Assembly (NCBI RefSeq): GCF_004010195.1
Contig: NW_025214878.1
Span: forward strand, 1 to 42,692
Source: Chiloscyllium plagiosum
Lineage: Eukaryota
Length of the DNA stretch: 42,692 nt
Direction: 5' to 3'
Shown here: positions 37,944 through 42,692 of the stretch, piece by piece
Layout of the letters: each line of letters starts with the position of its first letter
Numbering within the stretch: the stretch's first letter is position 1
Notes under the pieces: model-generated
Told to the model about the DNA's origin: nothing
The model's database searches: none
What the model saw: only the letters and a program-made list of their open reading frames with translations
Translations under genes and position numbers: made by a program

Positions 37944-38241
37944 GGGGCAGCACGGTGGCTCAGTGGTGAGCAATGCTGCCTCATAACACCATGGACCCAG
38001 GTTCGATTCCAGCGTTGGGTGGCTGTCTGTGTGGAGTTTGCACATTGTCCCCGTGTCTGTGTGCGTTTCCTCCGACACTCCAAAGATGTGCAGGTCAGGT
38101 GAATTCGCAATTCTAAGTTGCCCATAGTGTTAGGTGCATTGTCAGAGAGAAGTGGGTCTCTGTGGGTTACTCTTTGGTGGGTCGGTGTGGACTTGTTGGG
38201 CCGAAGTACCTGTTCCCATGCTGTAAGGTTTTTAATCTAAA
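37944..38241 (+). mobile_element. HE1/V-SINE-type SINE
   Basis: A box tggctcagtgg, B box ggttcgattcc, V-domain, tail ggacttgttgggccgaag. Confidence 0.87.
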
Positions 38242-39960
38242 CTCTCCCTCTGCGTTCCATATTATTGTCCCTAAATATATCCGTCTATCCATAAACAGCC
38301 CCAAAACCTTCCAACCTCCAACTCTGTGTGAACTCCCATAGCTCCAACATCCCACCTTCACTGTGTCACCTTTTTCAGTCCTGAAAATGTGGACATCCTA
38401 CAATCCTCCCTATCTGCATAATCCTCTCAGGTCCCTGCAACACCCTCGATCTGTGGAAACAACTCCAATGCTTGTGACTCTCCCGATCAGTTTCTACAAG
38501 ACTTATGTAACATCCTCCCGTCGCTCTCACCAGCCCTGTCAATGTAAGCTTCTCCAGTCTCCCCATCAATCTAATCTCTCCATAATCTTCTCCAGCTCTT
38601 ACATCCCTATCTGTGTAAACGTTACTCTCCCGTACAACCATCCCTAAAGCAGAAACCTCATCCAGTGTCTGCAATACTCCCTATTTGTGTTAGTGTCTCC
38701 AGGCTCTATTGCTGTTCCTGTCTCTGTAAGCTCTGACAGATTGTTCAGCTTTCCGGTCCATATAATTTCCAGAACCTCAGCATCCGACATCAACAAATGA
38801 AATCAGTAACTACAGCCTTCCATATCTCTGTTTGTCCCTGAATTCCATACAACTTCATAGTCTCTGTAAATAGCACCATTCCATAAAATACTCCCTGTCT
38901 GCGTAAGCTACCCCAATCCTATACTGAGAAGCCTCACAATCCTTTTGATCACCTGTGGTCCCTTCACATCTCCTTGTATCTTCCCTGACTCCAATGAATA
39001 CAGCTCATCTCATGTTATAACTCCTCTAACTCATATATTACTCCCCATCTCTGTGATATTCTTCAGTTACTGCAATTCTAATTCTTTATCTCCAGAGCTT
39101 CCAATCCCCCTGATCGATGTAAGGTTATTGATCCCTTGCAGCATGTTTAACACCTATAGCAGCCTCCAACTCCTCAATGCATCCTGTTGCTGTAACCTCC
39201 TCAAATACTACAGCTCACTGTCTTTGTAATATCTTCCAGTATCTGCAACCCTATTGAATTTTGTAATCTCCTCCAGAACAGCACTCCACATCTCTGTGTA
39301 ACTGTTGGGAATGCTGCAAACCTGCCTTCACAGTCCTCACTAACTCTCTGAACTCCTGCAGCCCGAGAACCCTCAGAATCGCTGGTTCCTCCAATCCCTA
39401 CAATTCTCCCTGGCTGTGTGAACTGATCCAGTCCCTTCAACCCTCACTATCTCACTCACTCCTGCAGCTCCAACTACTGTCCATTTCAGTGTAATTCCCG
39501 GCACCAACAATCCTCCCGGTCTCCATAAGCTCCTGCAGCTCCAACTACCCCCCAATCTGTGTAATCTCTAGTCCGTCCAAACCTCCCTTTCTGTAGCTCT
39601 AAATACACCCCAATCTGTCTAATCTCCAGTGCCTACAACCTCCCATTTCTCTCAAACCTTCTATAGTTCCAACTACCACCAATATCTGTGTAATCTCCAG
39701 TCCCGACAACCCTCCCAGTCTCTGTACCTTCTGAAGCTCCAACGACCACCCCTATCTGAGTAATTTCTAGTCCCTATATTCCTCCCAATCTCTAACTCCT
39801 TCAGGACTGATAACCCTGTAACTCTCCTTGACATCTTTCAGCCCGACAACCGATCTGAACTCTGATCACCAACAGTGATCTCAAACTACCCCAACTCTGT
39901 AACATCCTCCAGTCTCTCCAACCCAGCTTTTCTCTGTTAGTCTCTCTGGTGTCTGTATTC
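38242..39960 (+). repeat. Long C/T-rich minisatellite with a ~70-bp higher-order unit near 39468-39800
   Basis: (c/t)tccaactac-type starts at 39468, 39539, 39597, 39668, 39737. Confidence 0.8.
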
Positions 39961-40039
39961 CCCTTTATCTCCGGTTACAGATCCTTGCTCAGTGAAACAA
40001 TGTCTCAGTACTGAATCTGTACGAACACATGAATCTTCG

Positions 40040-41200
40040 TTGTTTCAATAAAGTTGCCTCATTTTCGAAAATTTAATGACTGCAAGTTCAACCTTCTCCA
40101 CCTCTTCTCATCAATATCCCTCCATATTGAAGAACAGCCTGGTGAACCTTCTCTGGGCTGCCTCCAATGCAAGGACATTTTCCCTCCAGATAGGGGACCA
40201 AACCTGTTCACAGTATACTCAGTGCAGGGTGACTGGAGTCATCTACAGTTGTTACAAGCCTTCCCTATTTTTATTCTCCATTCCCTTTGGAATCAATGCC
40301 AGCATTCCATTTGCCTTCTCTATGTCCTGCTTGCCCTGTATGCCACCTTTCTGAGGTTTATACGCAAGGATTTCCAAGTTACTGTGTGGTGTAGCTTTCT
40401 GCAGTTGATCTGAAACCAAGTAGTGACATCAATAATCAGGCAAGTGATGGAATGTATGGTAAACGATATGCCAGAAATACTAACTGCACGGTTAGAAACT
40501 TACGGAAAAAGCGCAGTCCATACAACCATCATTGAAAGGAGTAGAATTAGGCCATTCGATCCATCGGGTCTATTTCACTATTCAGTTATGGTTGATTTGA
40601 TTCTCAACCTCGTTCTCTCACTTACTCACTGTAACCCTTGATCTCCTTACTCATCAAGAACCTAGCTATCTCTGAATCACTTAGCATCCACAAGCCCCAT
40701 GAGGTAGTGAGTTCCACCCTATGGTTGAATAAATTCCTCCACATCTCCATTCTAAAGGGTCGTCCCTTCACTCTGAAGCTGTTCCCTTGGCCCCTAGTCT
40801 CTCCTGCTCGTGGAAACATCTTGCCCACGTCCACTCCATTCAGGCGCCTCAGTATTCTGTAAGTTTGAATGAGATTCTGCCGCTGTCTCTGAAACTTCAT
40901 CAAGTGCAGATCCAGAGACTTCACCTGCTCCGCATATGACACAGATTTCATCCCTGAAATCTTTCTTGGAAACCCATTTCTCGTACCCATTCACTTCCTT
41001 TGTCCAGACTCTCAATGTATAACGCATGGAGTGTAGTCCCAACACAGACCCCCGCGGAGTTCCCCTCAGCGCCGTTCCCATTGTGAAAAAGACCCTTTTT
41101 TCACACTCTATGCCTTGTGCCAATCAGACAAATCCTCTATCCATGCTAAGCATGTTGTTCTGAAACAGAAATTTCATTTCACACCCACTGCTGGATTTAT
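40040..41200 (-). mobile_element. CR1 3'/RT fragments (short plus-strand piece at ~40405-40510)
   Basis: NLIQTYRILRRLNGVDVGKMFP..ETRG..RVKGRPFRMEMWRNLF (40622-40990). Confidence 0.8.
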
Positions 41201-41254
41201 TTTTCTGACTGGCTGTAAACGGTAGAGTTTCACCATTACCTTCCCATCCGTATA

Positions 41255-41600
41255 TCCTGGAGAAGGTGGTGAGGAGCTGCCTTCCTGACCCATTGCAGTC
41301 CTTTGGGTGTAGGGACAGACACAGTGCTTGGAGGATGGAGCGTGTCTTGGAGGGCGCGTTGGAAATGTTGGTGTTCCCGTGCACCTGGAACTAATGTACT
41401 TCCAGGATATAGTGTTTCCGGGTTTATGAAGTGCTGCTGAAATAGCCTTCCTCAGTGATCTCTGTGCTACTTGTAGATCTTTTATTCCTTCATTCATTAA
41501 TAAACACGAGCTTTGTTGGCTGAGCCAGGATTTATTGTTGAGTTTGAGTTGTCCCTGAGAAGGTGGTGGTGAGCTGCCTTCCTGAGCCACTGCTGTTGTT
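41255..41600 (-). mobile_element. LINE/SINE 3'-tail remnants of the SacSINE-associated type
   Basis: gagaaggtggtg(gt)gagctgccttcctga occurs twice; tttattccttcattcatt tail. Confidence 0.5.
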
Positions 41601-42089
41601 ATCTGTGTACCCTCCAGCAGGTGCTACAAAACTCCTCATGCCTGTAACTGCATCGAGAGAATGCAGCTCTCCCTTTCATATCTGACATCCTCCACGCCAT
41701 ATAAATCTGACAGTTCCTCACAATATCTCACCTCCTCCAATCCCGTCTGTGCTAGAAATCACTAAAATTTCTTTAGTCTTGTTTAAACTTCTAATCACCC
41801 AAAATCGCTCAATTTTCAAAATTGTAACTCCTTCAGTTTATGTTACTCTCCATCGAACTGTAATCAATGACAGCACAGGTTCCCTTCCTAAATGACGATA
41901 ATTACAATGGTTGTACGTGTTAAATTGACAATTTTCTTACTCGTTGTCCATGTCAGGAATTCCATTCCCTACAATCCCACTATTCGGAATGCTCCCATTC
42001 TCTGCACCTCCTCATGTTCTGACGATTCTTGAAAACCACCAGTGCCACAAAGGTTTATATTCCCCCAGCTACTGCAAGTCTTCTCACTC

Positions 42090-42245
42090 TGTCACATCCA
42101 AGTCTCCAGGACCAGACAACACTTACTGGATGTCAATTTGCTTTTATTGAAGTCTACACATCACTGTAACCAGTTCAGAAAAAGCCCTTTCGACTCTAGA
42201 ATGCTCCGTCATGAACAAGACACCATCTCTCTATTTCCTTTGCCT
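42090..42245 (+). mobile_element. Degenerate L1/Tx1-like ORF2 fragment
   Basis: KSPGPD, then after a frameshift FDSRML..EQDTISLFP, resembling the L1 G.LP....A.I.LIPK region. Confidence 0.4.
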
Positions 42246-42397
42246 TCTTCAGTGTCTGCTACTGTCGCTGCATCTTCCATTAAACTTCTTTAGTTGCTGC
42301 AGGTCTGCCTAGCTCCCCAGATAACCTGTTTCATCCCCTACAGCTCCCTCAATCACTGTAACACCCTCTAATCCTCCTCTTTCCCACTGTCTTCCAG

Positions 42398-42692
42398 GCA
42401 CAACGGCGATCCTGTAAGAGAGCAGTGCGGAATGGGATGTTATGAATCTCAGCTGAGGCTTGAGGCCTACCATTATCTGGGAGTCACAATGGGAGAGAAC
42501 CTGAGAGAGAGCAGCACAGACCGGGAGAATATACATCAGCAGAGAGGATCGAGGCAGACTGGGACTTGGAGTTAGAGAAGCAGCAGAGCAGGAGGCTCGA
42601 AATCATCACCGAGTCACAGAGAGAGTGACCATGTGAGGGAGCAACTTGGAGCAGGAGCATGAGGCTAACATAGCTGGGAGTTACAGAAGCAG
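42398..42692 (+). other. Putative exon-like purine-rich block running off the window end
   Basis: Acceptor ctcctctttcccactgtcttccAG ending 42397, then an abrupt switch to GA-rich sequence; no single open frame. Confidence 0.35.

Noticed and set aside
39468..39800. CRISPR-like array
   Set aside because: Vertebrate context; degenerate contiguous units without unique spacers or cas genes

Overview
Eukaryotic, repeat-saturated genomic DNA with four assembly gaps. It is most likely from a shark: it carries HE1/V-SINE-type and SacSINE/DeuSINE-like SINEs plus abundant CR1 LINEs (family names are from my recall of consensus sequences, not from a search). I see no intact protein-coding gene. The ORF-track entries are decayed retroelement fragments, satellite read-through or N-run artefacts. 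Most of the window is nested, mutated CR1 ORF2 fragments. There are also single RTE, L1/Tx1-like and Gypsy (Gmr1-like) gag fragments, and a C/T-rich ~35-bp minisatellite that is always on the + strand and appears to derive from L2 LINE ORF2. Under the repeats lies an old tandem duplication of a ~6-8 kb unit, with non-repeat, exon-like blocks on the + strand that keep splice signals but not reading frames (lncRNA or decayed gene). The most specific functional motif is a minimal hammerhead ribozyme in the loop of a Penelope-type fold-back insertion at 26148-26346, which has a perfect 10-bp target-site duplication; a degenerate second copy is at 29888-30186. I cannot support a clearly novel system beyond these candidates.
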